In this document: in pieces, positions 1-9,619 of the stretch
How the letters are laid out: each line of letters starts with the position of its first letter
How positions within the stretch are numbered: position 1 is the stretch's first letter
From: Minisyncoccota bacterium
GTDB lineage: Bacteria > Patescibacteriota > Minisyncoccia > Phycocordibacterales > Phycocordibacteraceae
Assembly (NCBI GenBank): GCA_038106525.1
Contig: JAYOEC010000003.1
Location: forward strand, 1-61,701
Length of the DNA: 61,701 nt
Direction: 5' to 3'
Made by a program: the position numbers and the translations under genes
The notes under the pieces: model-generated
The model's database searches: none
Seen by the model: the letters and a program-made list of their open reading frames with translations, nothing else
What the model was told of the DNA's origin: nothing

Positions 1-71
1 GAGGATGAACGCCACGGTGTGCAAGTATTTCATGAAATATGCATATTAGCTGCTAATACCACCATTGTATG

Positions 72-1403
72 TTACAGATACGATAATGGGTTGAGATATG
101 CACTGGTCGGAGCAACAGGCACAACTGCCTGTGCACAGTTGGTTTTAGCCTTTAGATCGCCCAATTTAAGCAGTTGGACACCCTCTGAGGCATAAAGGGT
201 AAAGTGGAGGTGCGGTCCGGTAGAGTAGCCAGTGTTCCCAGAATAGCCAATGACAGCCCCCGTTGGTAGTGAGTCGTTTGCACCAACTGCAATGTATGAG
301 AGGTGCGCATAGAGCGAGCTCAGGCCGTTTGCGTGCTTAATAAGGACCCACTTGCCGTATGAGTAGCATCCTGGGAAGGCATCGGTGTTCCCTGTTGCAA
401 CAACGGTACCGGAGAGTGCTGCAAGCACAGCGGTACCTGCGGGGGCACCAAAATCCACCCCATTATGCCCTTTCCCATTGTAAGCTCCGCTACGAGCAAA
501 CGCGGTGTCACCAAAGTACTGAGTAATACAGTACAAATTCTTAAAAGTCCTCTCCCGCTCGGCACACCGCTGCATGAACGAACGATCAAGGGGGAACTGC
601 AGCACCCCCGATCCTGGTGATGGAAGCTTTGATGGGTCAAGGGTAAAGGCAAGCTGCGACTCGAATTCATTGAGCTCCTGTTCAAACTGCGCGCGGGCCT
701 CGCGCTTCGCCTCAATAATCTTTTGATACTCCGACTCCTTGCTCTTGGTCTGTTGGAGCAGCGCAGCTTGCTCCTTGCGATTTTGATCAAGCACTGCGCG
801 TTGTCCTACCAGGACCGACTGAAAGGCGCTGAGCGTTGATTTTTGCTCGCTGACTGCATCGCGATCTTCAGCGAGCGCCTCACGAACCTCATGCAGCTCA
901 ACAATTTCAGTATCCATACGATTTTGGAGCGACAGTAGTCGATCTGCGTCCTCCCAAAGGGTGGCAACATCATCAGCCCCAAAAAATTTTTCGACCAGTG
1001 TCGCGTCTGCGGCTCGTTGGAGCGATCGCATGGACTCAAGTATCGCCTGGCGGGCGGTCTCAGCTCGCAACTCCTTGTCAGATATTTGACCGCCGAGACT
1101 TTCTATTTCGAGTGTTGCTGAGGTAATTTTTTGCTGAGTTACTGAAATATCGGCATTGATCTTCTTTCGAGAGGTATCAAGCCGAGCCACCTCGGACTCA
1201 AGAGTGGTCTTATTCTTTCCAATACTGATAAGCTCTGCCTCATACCGCGCAATTTCCTGCTCAAGATCCTTAATCTTTTGATTTTGCGCATCAATCTTTG
1301 AGCGCAATTCGTCGGCGGTGCTAGCCGAGGCGCTCGCTGCAAGAAACAGCATCATCACTACCAAGAACCGCGCGCAAACGGGCCAGTGTCTCATCTTTAC
1401 CAA
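72..1403 (-). CDS. M23/LytM-family metallopeptidase with long N-terminal coiled coil (EnvC-like)
   Basis: 443-aa ORF. Signal-like N-terminus (FLVVMMLFLAASASA), then about 230 aa of Q/E/K/L-rich coiled-coil-like sequence. C-terminus has HNGVDFGAP ... GPHLHFTLY (HxxxD and HxH zinc motifs of M23). The 5' ~80 nt overlap the gltX 3' end, so an internal start is possible. Confidence 0.8.
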   Translation of the reverse strand: MVKMRHWPVCARFLVVMMLFLAASASASTADELRSKIDAQNQKIKDLEQEIARYEAELISIGKNKTTLESEVARLDTSRKKINADISVTQQKITSATLEIESLGGQISDKELRAETARQAILESMRSLQRAADATLVEKFFGADDVATLWEDADRLLSLQNRMDTEIVELHEVREALAEDRDAVSEQKSTLSAFQSVLVGQRAVLDQNRKEQAALLQQTKSKESEYQKIIEAKREARAQFEQELNEFESQLAFTLDPSKLPSPGSGVLQFPLDRSFMQRCAERERTFKNLYCITQYFGDTAFARSGAYNGKGHNGVDFGAPAGTAVLAALSGTVVATGNTDAFPGCYSYGKWVLIKHANGLSSLYAHLSYIAVGANDSLPTGAVIGYSGNTGYSTGPHLHFTLYASEGVQLLKLGDLKAKTNCAQAVVPVAPTSAYLNPLSYL

Positions 1404-2676
1404 TGATACCAGCGATCACGAAGGGGTCAGGGGACTTTTCCCTCCCCGAAAGGGCAACTCGCATGGGCCACAACACCTGTCCCCTTCCCTCTGTCTCTGC
1501 ATAGGGCCACACGGCCGCCTTGACAGTCTCCGCACCCCAGACATCTCCAAGCGGTTCAAGAAGCTCGAGTACTTGCCTGAGATGCGGCAGTGCGTGCGAT
1601 GGGTCCTCGCCCTTCCAGCCCAAAAATGATACTGGCAGCACCGGTCTCTCGTACAGGTACCGATACTCCCCTGCCAGGTCCGCGGTGCGGATGTCACCAA
1701 AGGTTGAGGCTCTCTCGCGCATCAACCCCACCGCGTCGCGCCAAAGATTTTTTGCATCGAGCATCGTTACCGTCTCCTCAGTCAGGAACTCCTCTGCGTG
1801 CTCCCAAAACGCCTCAGGCGACATCCGAAGCATGTGCTCACGATTTATCCATGCAAGCTTGGTCTCATCAAATATTGCGCCGCTCTTTTGAATTTGTGCG
1901 AGTGAAAATGCGTGACAGAGCTCATCCTTTGAAAAAATTTCCTGCTCTGTCCCCGGATTCCAGCCGATGAGCGCCATGTAATTGAGCAACGCCTCGGGGA
2001 GATACCCTGAATCGCGATATTCAAGCAGTGATTTCGCACCGCGCCGCTTCGAGAGCTTACTGCGGTCTTGACTGAGAACAAGAGGGAGGTGCGCATACAC
2101 TGGTGTTTGCGCACCGATTGCCTGCTGGATCAAAATCTGTCGCGGAGTATTTGAAATATGATCCTCGCCACGGATGACATGCGTTATGCCCTCGTCCCAA
2201 TCGTCAACAACAACAGCGAGATGAAACAGCGGCTCGTCAATGCTTTTTGCAATGACGAAATCGCCAAGGTCAGTGGTGTCCATGCTAACGGTGCCACGGA
2301 TTGCATCCTCGAATGAAACGCGGATATTTGGGTTCTTGAATCTGATAACCTCATTCCGCTTTGTATCCCCAGCTTCCTCTTTAGAGAGGTAGGCAAATCC
2401 GCTTGAGATCAGTTTTTCAAGAACCTCGCGATGGCGGGTACCATGCTCAGACTGCCGATACCTCTCGTCATACTCAAGATGAAGCCACTGCAACGATTCG
2501 ATAATATTTTCCTCATACTCAGGCTTTGACCGCTCTCTATCAGTGTCCTCAATGCGCAGGACAAATTTCCCACCACTTGAACGCGCAAACAAATATGCAA
2601 AGACCGCGGTTCGGTAATTGCCGGAATGCAAGAGGCCAGTCGGCGACGGTGCGAATCGCGTAACAACAGCGCTCAT
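1321..2676 (-). CDS. gltX: glutamyl-tRNA synthetase
   Basis: 451-aa ORF with FAPSPTGLLHSGN (HIGH-type), RIEDTDRERS and KLSKRRG (KMSKS-type) class I aaRS motifs. Confidence 0.9.
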   Translation of the reverse strand: MSAVVTRFAPSPTGLLHSGNYRTAVFAYLFARSSGGKFVLRIEDTDRERSKPEYEENIIESLQWLHLEYDERYRQSEHGTRHREVLEKLISSGFAYLSKEEAGDTKRNEVIRFKNPNIRVSFEDAIRGTVSMDTTDLGDFVIAKSIDEPLFHLAVVVDDWDEGITHVIRGEDHISNTPRQILIQQAIGAQTPVYAHLPLVLSQDRSKLSKRRGAKSLLEYRDSGYLPEALLNYMALIGWNPGTEQEIFSKDELCHAFSLAQIQKSGAIFDETKLAWINREHMLRMSPEAFWEHAEEFLTEETVTMLDAKNLWRDAVGLMRERASTFGDIRTADLAGEYRYLYERPVLPVSFLGWKGEDPSHALPHLRQVLELLEPLGDVWGAETVKAAVWPYAETEGRGQVLWPMRVALSGREKSPDPFVIAGIIGKDETLARLRAVLGSDDAVSCSERLG

Positions 2677-3812
2677 GCAGTGTGTTCGAGTGCAATGGCA
2701 ACAAGCTCGTCAGCGATTTTGCGGGCAGCGCCTGGTTTTGAGAACTTTTTTGCTGCCTCGGCCATATCGTTGCGAGCCTTTGGGTTAGTAAAGAGCCGGT
2801 CTACCTCAGCAACCAAGATATTCGGCTTTAGGTTAGCCTGCTCAATAACTGTCGCCGCGCCGCGCCGCGCATAGGCAAAGGCGTTTGACCGCTGATCTCG
2901 ACTCACCTCCTCAGGAATTGGAACCACAATCGAGGCAACTCCCCATGACGAAATTTCAGCAATTGCCCCTGCTCCCGCTCTTGTAATGACAAGGTCTGCG
3001 GCACCAGCAGCCATCTTGAGCGCAAGGGTGCTGAGATACGGAAATACTTTATAACGGTACCTCCGCTCGTTTTTCTCAAGAACTACCGCCGCGGTCTCGG
3101 ACACCACGGTATATTGTCTCTCGCCAGTTTGATGAATAATCTGGTAGCGCTGCACCAGGTCAGGAAGCGCTGCAAGCACTGCATCGTTGAGCGCCTCTGC
3201 GCCTAGCGAACCTCCCAGGACTAAAAGCACCGGAACACTCTTCTCAAGATCAAGGAACTCATGCGCACCGGCGGTCGCCGGATGCTCGATATCGCGCCGG
3301 ATCGGGTTGCCAATCATTGCCACTCTGCTTCGATACCGCTCAGGAATAGTCTCGTAAGTCTCATCAAAGGAAATAGCAATGCTTCGCGCAAATGGCGCTG
3401 CATACAATGTCCCCTTCCCCGCCACCGAATCTGATTCATGGGCAACAACAGGAATTTTGAGCAACCGTGCTGCAAAGAGCGTCGGCGCGGCACCGTATCC
3501 ACCCTTTGAAAAAATGACATCAGGATACAGTTGGTACAATCTGATCAAAGTGATAAGAATCCCCGCAAGAGTCTTAAAAAAATCAGTAAAGTTTCGGAGC
3601 GAAAAGTATCGCCTCACCTTCCCCGCGGGGGTTTTAACAAAAGTAATTCCCTGTTCAAAGAGTGCGCGCTCATCAAGAACAGCAGGGCCAAAAAAATAGA
3701 GTTCCGGCTCGAGCAATTTTTCTTCCTTAACTTTCTCCCTAAGCGCCTCGGCAACTGCTATGAGAGGGTAGAAATGACCTCCAGTCCCTCCTCCAGTCAG
3801 CACAATCCGCAT
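2673..3812 (-). CDS. murG: UDP-GlcNAc:lipid I N-acetylglucosaminyltransferase MurG
   Basis: 379-aa ORF with VLTGGGTGGHFYPLIAVAEAL N-terminus and ITRAGAGAIAE C-terminal GT28 motif. Its stop overlaps the gltX start by 4 nt. Confidence 0.9.
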   Translation of the reverse strand: MRIVLTGGGTGGHFYPLIAVAEALREKVKEEKLLEPELYFFGPAVLDERALFEQGITFVKTPAGKVRRYFSLRNFTDFFKTLAGILITLIRLYQLYPDVIFSKGGYGAAPTLFAARLLKIPVVAHESDSVAGKGTLYAAPFARSIAISFDETYETIPERYRSRVAMIGNPIRRDIEHPATAGAHEFLDLEKSVPVLLVLGGSLGAEALNDAVLAALPDLVQRYQIIHQTGERQYTVVSETAAVVLEKNERRYRYKVFPYLSTLALKMAAGAADLVITRAGAGAIAEISSWGVASIVVPIPEEVSRDQRSNAFAYARRGAATVIEQANLKPNILVAEVDRLFTNPKARNDMAEAAKKFSKPGAARKIADELVAIALEHTA

Positions 3813-3840
3813 AGTGCCCTTAGTGTATCACAATCGCATT

Positions 3841-4935
3841 TCAGTTGACTGTCTTTGATGCTGCGAGCAGTATCCCAGCCATTCCGAGCGCAATCATGAG
3901 CGCTGTACCCCCTTGTGAGACAAAAACCAAGGGGATCCCGCCAACGGGCACCAATCCGAGCATGGAACCAATGTTAATAAACGACTGGGTAATAATGAGC
4001 GCCACAATGCCGACAATGACTAATCCGGAGAACTGATCTTTTGCACGCGCAGCAACCCAAAATCCCCGCAGTGCAAAGAACAGAAACCCGAGCACAAGGA
4101 GTGCGGCACCGATAAACCCAAATTCCTCTGCAAATACGGCAAAGATTGCATCGGAGCTTGCTTCCGGGAGATAATTAAACTTCTGAATGCTTTGCCCGAA
4201 CCCTCTACCACCGAGTCCCCCAGAACCAATTGCAATCAATGATTGTCGAACCTGATATCCAGCCCCAAGCGGATCGGCATCAGGAGAGAGGAAGGTCTGC
4301 ACCCGGTCCATGAGGTACGGCTGGGTAACTAGCAATCCCGCAATAAGGAGGACAGCGGCTCCGCCCAGTACTGCGAGATGAGAGAAGCGCATTCCAGCAG
4401 CAAACAACATTGCGCCGCCTGCAGCTGCAATGGTAAGAAAGGTGTCCGTATCCGGTTGAAGCAATAGAAGAACGCCGACTACGCCAGTAAGAAGAACATA
4501 CGGCAAGATGCCCTCAGTAAGACTTGCGGCTCTTCCCTTCCCACCAGCAAGCCAGGCAGCAAAGATTACTACATACCCAATTTTCAGCATCTCAGATGGT
4601 TGAAAGGTGGTAATGCCAAGATCGATCCATCTGGTCGCACCATTTGCGCTAAGACCAACGCCAGGAATAAAGACCGCAATGGTTAATAGGAGTGCGCCCC
4701 CGAAGATAAGCGGCGAGTACATGCGGAGAAGTCTGAGCGGCGTATGAAGCATGAGCACGAGGAGCAGAAGTCCGCCGCCAAACCCAAGGACTAACTGCGA
4801 GAGCAAAGCGGAAAGGTACTTTCCTTCCTTGGTGAGAAGCCCAAATGATGCAGAAAGGAATATGAGCAATCCGCCAAGAACAAGAAATGCAAGAGTTATT
4901 GCAAGAACAGTGTCAATGCGTGCAGACTTACGCAT
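3841..4935 (-). CDS. ftsW: SEDS-family peptidoglycan polymerase (FtsW/RodA)
   Basis: 364-aa polytopic ORF with SEDS-like segments (TRWIDLG..FQPSE, LPEASSDAIFAVFAEEFGF, PLVFVSQGGTA). Sits between mraY and murG as in dcw clusters. FtsW versus RodA cannot be decided from sequence alone. Confidence 0.8.
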   Translation of the reverse strand: MRKSARIDTVLAITLAFLVLGGLLIFLSASFGLLTKEGKYLSALLSQLVLGFGGGLLLLVLMLHTPLRLLRMYSPLIFGGALLLTIAVFIPGVGLSANGATRWIDLGITTFQPSEMLKIGYVVIFAAWLAGGKGRAASLTEGILPYVLLTGVVGVLLLLQPDTDTFLTIAAAGGAMLFAAGMRFSHLAVLGGAAVLLIAGLLVTQPYLMDRVQTFLSPDADPLGAGYQVRQSLIAIGSGGLGGRGFGQSIQKFNYLPEASSDAIFAVFAEEFGFIGAALLVLGFLFFALRGFWVAARAKDQFSGLVIVGIVALIITQSFINIGSMLGLVPVGGIPLVFVSQGGTALMIALGMAGILLAASKTVN

Positions 4936-4938
4936 GGA

Positions 4939-6018
4939 TCATCCAAGTACCGCAAGCGTTACGCCCATGATTGCAAAAACAATTGAGAGAATCCAATACC
5001 GCATGGTGACCTTATACCCGGGCCAGCCAATTGCCTCAAAGTGGTGGTGCAGCGGAGCGATGCGGAACACCTTTTTTCCAAAAAATTTTTTTGAGACGAC
5101 CTGAATAATGTTCGAGAGCACCGTCACCACAAGCAGTGCGCCGATAAGTGGCAGCACGAACACGCCGTTCCCCTCCCCCTTCAAGTCAGTAAGAAACGCA
5201 ACCGAGGCAATGGTTATGGTGAGCGCCATAGAACCGGTCTCGGTCATCCAGAAGCGCGCAGGCGGAATATTAAACCAGAGGAACGCGAGCAGTGCGCCTA
5301 CGACCGCAGCGCAAAACGCTGCCAAATCCAGCTGGCCGTTGTAGTACGCAATAAACGCGTAGGCAGTAAAGATTGAAGCGAATACTCCACCAGAAAGACC
5401 ATCGATTCCGTCAATCACTCCGGACGCATACAAAAAGATTGTGGTGATAACGAAGAGCGGTACAATCAGCCACCCGATCGTAAGATCTGGGAAAAAAGGA
5501 ACCCCAACAGTTTCAATTCCGAGTTTGGTATAAAACCAGGAACCAACTACTATCGAGAGTATGGTGATGATTGACAATCGAACTGAGAGCGATATCCCCT
5601 TCCCACCTCCAGTGTCTATAACATCTAGAAGGTCGTTCAAGAACCCGACCAATGCTCCGACCATGAGCGTTACCAACGGAATCCAAGTCTGCGAGCGGCT
5701 GATGAAGTCAAATTGCTGAAGTGCGGTACCGGGCAGTAGCATGGCGAGAACTGAAAAGAGTCCTGCGGTGAGGAGGACTGCCCCCCACACAATGATCCCG
5801 CCCATACGGGGTGTATGAGTCTCTGCAGCTTGATGCAGTTTTCCGAACTCAACCGCAGTGGTTCCGTCGAGGGCGACTTTCCCCCCGCGCTTCTTCCACA
5901 CACGGTACCGGTAGAGATACCTGGTGAGTAGCGGTGCTGCTGCTATTCCGATCCAAAATGCTGCTACTGCAGGGATAAACACCTTAAGCGCGTCACTAGC
6001 AAAGGTTAGTTCAGGCAT
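4939..6018 (-). CDS. mraY: phospho-N-acetylmuramoyl-pentapeptide transferase MraY
   Basis: 359-aa polytopic ORF with FLNDLLDVIDTGGG, GVIDGIDGLSGG and APLHHHFE motifs typical of MraY. Confidence 0.9.
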   Translation of the reverse strand: MPELTFASDALKVFIPAVAAFWIGIAAAPLLTRYLYRYRVWKKRGGKVALDGTTAVEFGKLHQAAETHTPRMGGIIVWGAVLLTAGLFSVLAMLLPGTALQQFDFISRSQTWIPLVTLMVGALVGFLNDLLDVIDTGGGKGISLSVRLSIITILSIVVGSWFYTKLGIETVGVPFFPDLTIGWLIVPLFVITTIFLYASGVIDGIDGLSGGVFASIFTAYAFIAYYNGQLDLAAFCAAVVGALLAFLWFNIPPARFWMTETGSMALTITIASVAFLTDLKGEGNGVFVLPLIGALLVVTVLSNIIQVVSKKFFGKKVFRIAPLHHHFEAIGWPGYKVTMRYWILSIVFAIMGVTLAVLG

Positions 6019-6032
6019 ACTTATTCAGGTAA

Positions 6033-6950
6033 TTATAAGTGTTCTTGACAGAGGATCAGTCGCTCCAAACTCGCACCAGCAAAGACAGCAATATCGAGCA
6101 CATCCGCCTCTCGACCCTCGCGGGTCGAACCAAGAACTGCTATCGCTACTGGCCGTCCCGGAAGCGGCTCATACACTACTGCAAGATTTCCTCCGGCAAG
6201 ATCAGTAAATCCGGTCTTCGACAGTAGCGCGCCAGGAAGGTCGGTGGCTATTTCTGAAGTATTATGGCCACGATACCACCGACCTGCTGAGCGAAGTCCG
6301 ATCTCAGGTAACACTGAACGATCAGCACTTCCTTCTGTTTTTAGCGCGACGAACGCCGCGAGTCGAGCTGCATCCCGCGCTGAGGCGTACCCTCCAGCGG
6401 TAGTACCAGATACATCGAGGCCGGTTTCGTTCAAAAAGTAGGCGGTGTTCAGATTTGCAGATCGTCCGAAACGATTCATAATCTCCACAAAATTATCTCC
6501 TTTCAACGAAAATGCGGACTCAGTCGCAAGCCGGAGTGCTCGTGCGCCATCATTTGAAGAGGTAACAAGCACAAAGTCAGCAAGATCACCCGCCCGCCAC
6601 TGGTCGCCCGCAACAAGCCCGCTGTCGCCGTCAGCATGAAGTGCCTCGTCAGTAATCGTAATTTCAGCATCCGAGCCTATGAGTTGCAACGCAGTGGCAA
6701 CGGTCGCCAACTTTGTAAGAGATGCAAGTGGTCTCGGGATATCTGCATTTTTTTCATACAGCACGGCACCCGACTGGATGTCGTACGCAAATGCTGTTGC
6801 TGCTCCGATTGGCGGTTGCTGGTCGCGTACTACACAATAGGGAGATGCTGCCTGTGTCTCGCCTGCAACCGGCGCGGGAGCATACAGTGCAAGCGCAACA
6901 AGTGCACCTACAGAACAGCCTGCAATGAGGTGAATACTCTTCATGCTCAT
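6033..6950 (-). CDS. D-alanyl-D-alanine carboxypeptidase (S11, low-MW PBP)
   Basis: 305-aa ORF with signal peptide. Carries SxxK (ASLTKLAT), SxN (TSSNDG) and KTG (SKTGFT) motifs. Confidence 0.75.
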   Translation of the reverse strand: MSMKSIHLIAGCSVGALVALALYAPAPVAGETQAASPYCVVRDQQPPIGAATAFAYDIQSGAVLYEKNADIPRPLASLTKLATVATALQLIGSDAEITITDEALHADGDSGLVAGDQWRAGDLADFVLVTSSNDGARALRLATESAFSLKGDNFVEIMNRFGRSANLNTAYFLNETGLDVSGTTAGGYASARDAARLAAFVALKTEGSADRSVLPEIGLRSAGRWYRGHNTSEIATDLPGALLSKTGFTDLAGGNLAVVYEPLPGRPVAIAVLGSTREGREADVLDIAVFAGASLERLILCQEHL

Positions 6951-7537
6951 GTGACTGTGGCTTCGACAGACTTAGATTCAGCCACAGCACGGAGCTCGCC
7001 AGCCACCTTTTCAAAATCTGGAAGTTCCGAAAGCGAGGAAAGCCCAAGGTATGCTGGCACTTCTGAAGTTGCACGATACAAAAAAGATCGCTTGTCGGAT
7101 GGATTATCGATTCGCTCAACAAGGCCGCGTACCTGAAGTGTGCGGAGTGATGAAGTTGCATTTACCCCGCGGATATACTCTATGTCAGATCGCGAGATTG
7201 GTCCGCGATACAGGATAATGGCAAGCGTCTCAAGACCTGCCTTCCCCAGCGGGCCCTCAAGTTCTTCACGACGCACCGATTCGATAAGCTCGTAGAGTTC
7301 TGGTGCAGTGCCAAGTGCAGCCTCATCCTCAGTGAGAATTAATCGAATACCACGGTCGGCAAGTATGTTCGTCAGCGCTTGAAGCGCCTCGGTGACCGCA
7401 GATACTTCTGTTCCGGTCATTTGGGCGAGCCCAGCAATGCGCACCGGACCCCCAATGAAAAACAAGAGTGCTTCGAGTTTAGCTTCAAGTGGCATAGACA
7501 TATCATTCATAACGCGGGGTACCAGCAGCTCCTGCAT
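6947..7537 (-). CDS. scpB: segregation and condensation protein B
   Basis: 196-aa ORF with LEALLFFIGGPV and LETLAIILYRGPISRSDIEYIRGVN winged-helix repeats. Directly downstream of scpA. Confidence 0.85.
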   Translation of the reverse strand: MQELLVPRVMNDMSMPLEAKLEALLFFIGGPVRIAGLAQMTGTEVSAVTEALQALTNILADRGIRLILTEDEAALGTAPELYELIESVRREELEGPLGKAGLETLAIILYRGPISRSDIEYIRGVNATSSLRTLQVRGLVERIDNPSDKRSFLYRATSEVPAYLGLSSLSELPDFEKVAGELRAVAESKSVEATVT

Positions 7538-8243
7538 ATTCTATCGTAATTTCGTCAAAATGCTGCTGCTGCCGCACCTCGGCAAAGCCGCGCTTCACCA
7601 ACTCGAGCATAGCAAGAAACCCGACGACTATCTCGCGCGGGTCGCTTGCGCCCTGGGAAAAATCGCGAAACGACATGGTGAGTGCACTTTGAATTCTGGC
7701 AGTAAGCCGCTCAATCATTTCATCAAGCGATAGTACTTTCCGCACCTCAACCTCATCGCGGATCTGTGGTCGCGGAGCGGATACTATGGCGCTGTTTGCG
7801 GCAGCTGCCAATGATTGCAAGGTCATATCAGGCGGTGGGACAAAAATCGGCTCGACAGAACGGACGCCGCTTCCAAAGTAGAGTCTCCCCTTCAGCGCTG
7901 AGAGAGATTGGGCAACAGTCTTAATGATAGAAAGCAGTTTGAGCCTCTGTTCGAGGTCCTTAATATCCCCCTCTTCTTCAGAGGTGAGCATGAGGACTGG
8001 CAACAACGAGCGAGATTTAAGAAGAAGCAGTGTGGCAGCAACTGCAACAAAATGAGCTGCCTCACTGACCGGAAATCCACCATGCTCGGACACATACGCC
8101 AAAAAGGCATCCGCAATCGCAGAGATTGATACATCCGATATGAGCAATTTGCGCTCCTCAATCAGCGCAAGAATGAGGTCAAGTGGACCTTCGTAGTCAG
8201 AGACCTTTACTGAAAATGTGGCACTCACACTCGTATTGTACAA
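7503..8243 (-). CDS. scpA: segregation and condensation protein A (kleisin)
   Basis: 246-aa ORF with the N-terminal YEGPLDLILALIEERKLLISDVSISAIADAFL motif characteristic of ScpA. Confidence 0.85.
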   Translation of the reverse strand: MYNTSVSATFSVKVSDYEGPLDLILALIEERKLLISDVSISAIADAFLAYVSEHGGFPVSEAAHFVAVAATLLLLKSRSLLPVLMLTSEEEGDIKDLEQRLKLLSIIKTVAQSLSALKGRLYFGSGVRSVEPIFVPPPDMTLQSLAAAANSAIVSAPRPQIRDEVEVRKVLSLDEMIERLTARIQSALTMSFRDFSQGASDPREIVVGFLAMLELVKRGFAEVRQQQHFDEITIEYAGAAGTPRYE

Positions 8244-9619
8244 TGCTCCGTATGAAATTCATATTTTCCGACACGCCTCGTGGCGCGCAGATCCGTTTCC
8301 AACCAGGTACCAGCACCCGCGTCTTTGACAATGGTTCTGAGACTCAAATACTTCTCGGCATCGGCTCCGACACCTCGGTTCGCAGCGTACGAAAATTTAT
8401 TCGATCCGGTGTGCGACTTGCATTGGAACACAAGCAATCTGCAGTATCGTTCACGGTGCGCGATCTTGCCATAACGAAGGCTCCACTTGCAGAGGAGGAG
8501 CTTGGCCGGAGTATCGCAGAAAACTGCATTCTTGCGGCCTACGAGTTTACCAAGTACAAGACGCCCCCCGCGGACGGTTTCCCAACACTAGAGAGTGTTA
8601 CTTTGATCGGCGCGAGCCCAAAGATCCGTGCTGGTGTTTCCGTCGGCACAGTAGTTGCGAACACTATGAATGAAGTTCGTGACCTTTCAAATACTCCTGG
8701 CGGAGATATGACGCCGGCGGTACTTGCAGACGCCGCTCGGCGGATGTGTAAGGGGACGAAAGCAAAAGTTACCGTACTGGGGCCAAAGGAGATGCAACGA
8801 CTCGGTATGGGGATGGTGCTCGGAGTTGCAAAGGGTGCTGCCGCAGAACCGCGCTTTATCATCGCGGAGTACTGGGGCACCCGAAAAAAGGAAAAACCGA
8901 TTGTATTGATTGGTAAGGGAGTTACTTTTGACTCCGGTGGGCTGGATATCAAGCCTCGCGAGGGAATGCTTGGCATGCACCACGATATGGCTGGTGGCGG
9001 AGCGGTTCTCGGAGCGCTTGCCATTGCGGCTCGTCTTGCTGTCAAAAAGAATGTTATCGCACTTGTCCCTGCAGTTGAAAATGCGGTCTCAGGTGATGCG
9101 TATCGTCCGGGAGATATCCTCCGCGCAATCGATGGAACCACGGTTGAGGTGCTCGATACTGACGCTGAAGGCAGGCTTATTCTTGGAGATGCGCTTGCAT
9201 ACGCCGCACGATATACGCCGCGATTGGTGATTGATGTTGCGACACTAACTGGCGCATCAATTATTGCGCTCGGCAAACGCGCCTCGGCGGTTCTCACCAG
9301 CGACACTCATCTGCAGCAACGGCTGTGTGAACTTGGTGAGAAATCTGGAGACCTACTTTGGCCGCTTCCACTCTGGTCAGAGTACGCGGCTGACATGAAG
9401 GGTACGCATGCTGACTTGTCGAACATTCCATCCGCTGACTCACGATCTGGTGGGGTGATTACTGCCGCAGCATTTCTCGCCCATTTCGCCCGAAAGCTTG
9501 ATCTCTGGGCACACATCGACATGGCGCCTCGCGAGACATCAATTCCTGAAGACAAGCTTGCAAAGGGAGCTACCGGAGAACCGACACGGCTCTTGTTCAG
9601 AGTTATTGAGGAGTACTAA
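8243..9619 (+). CDS. pepA: leucyl aminopeptidase (M17)
   Basis: Carries GKGVTFDSGGLDIKP and LDTDAEGRLILGDAL M17 signatures. The ORF-track start (8183) lies inside scpA, so the first ATGs (8243/8252) were taken as the likely start. Confidence 0.85.
   Translation: MLRMKFIFSDTPRGAQIRFQPGTSTRVFDNGSETQILLGIGSDTSVRSVRKFIRSGVRLALEHKQSAVSFTVRDLAITKAPLAEEELGRSIAENCILAAYEFTKYKTPPADGFPTLESVTLIGASPKIRAGVSVGTVVANTMNEVRDLSNTPGGDMTPAVLADAARRMCKGTKAKVTVLGPKEMQRLGMGMVLGVAKGAAAEPRFIIAEYWGTRKKEKPIVLIGKGVTFDSGGLDIKPREGMLGMHHDMAGGGAVLGALAIAARLAVKKNVIALVPAVENAVSGDAYRPGDILRAIDGTTVEVLDTDAEGRLILGDALAYAARYTPRLVIDVATLTGASIIALGKRASAVLTSDTHLQQRLCELGEKSGDLLWPLPLWSEYAADMKGTHADLSNIPSADSRSGGVITAAAFLAHFARKLDLWAHIDMAPRETSIPEDKLAKGATGEPTRLLFRVIEEY

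Noticed and set aside
8539-9306. 255-aa minus-strand ORF
   Set aside because: It is entirely antisense to the well-supported pepA gene. Its Ser/Ala/Arg/Pro-rich low-complexity translation is typical of a shadow ORF.
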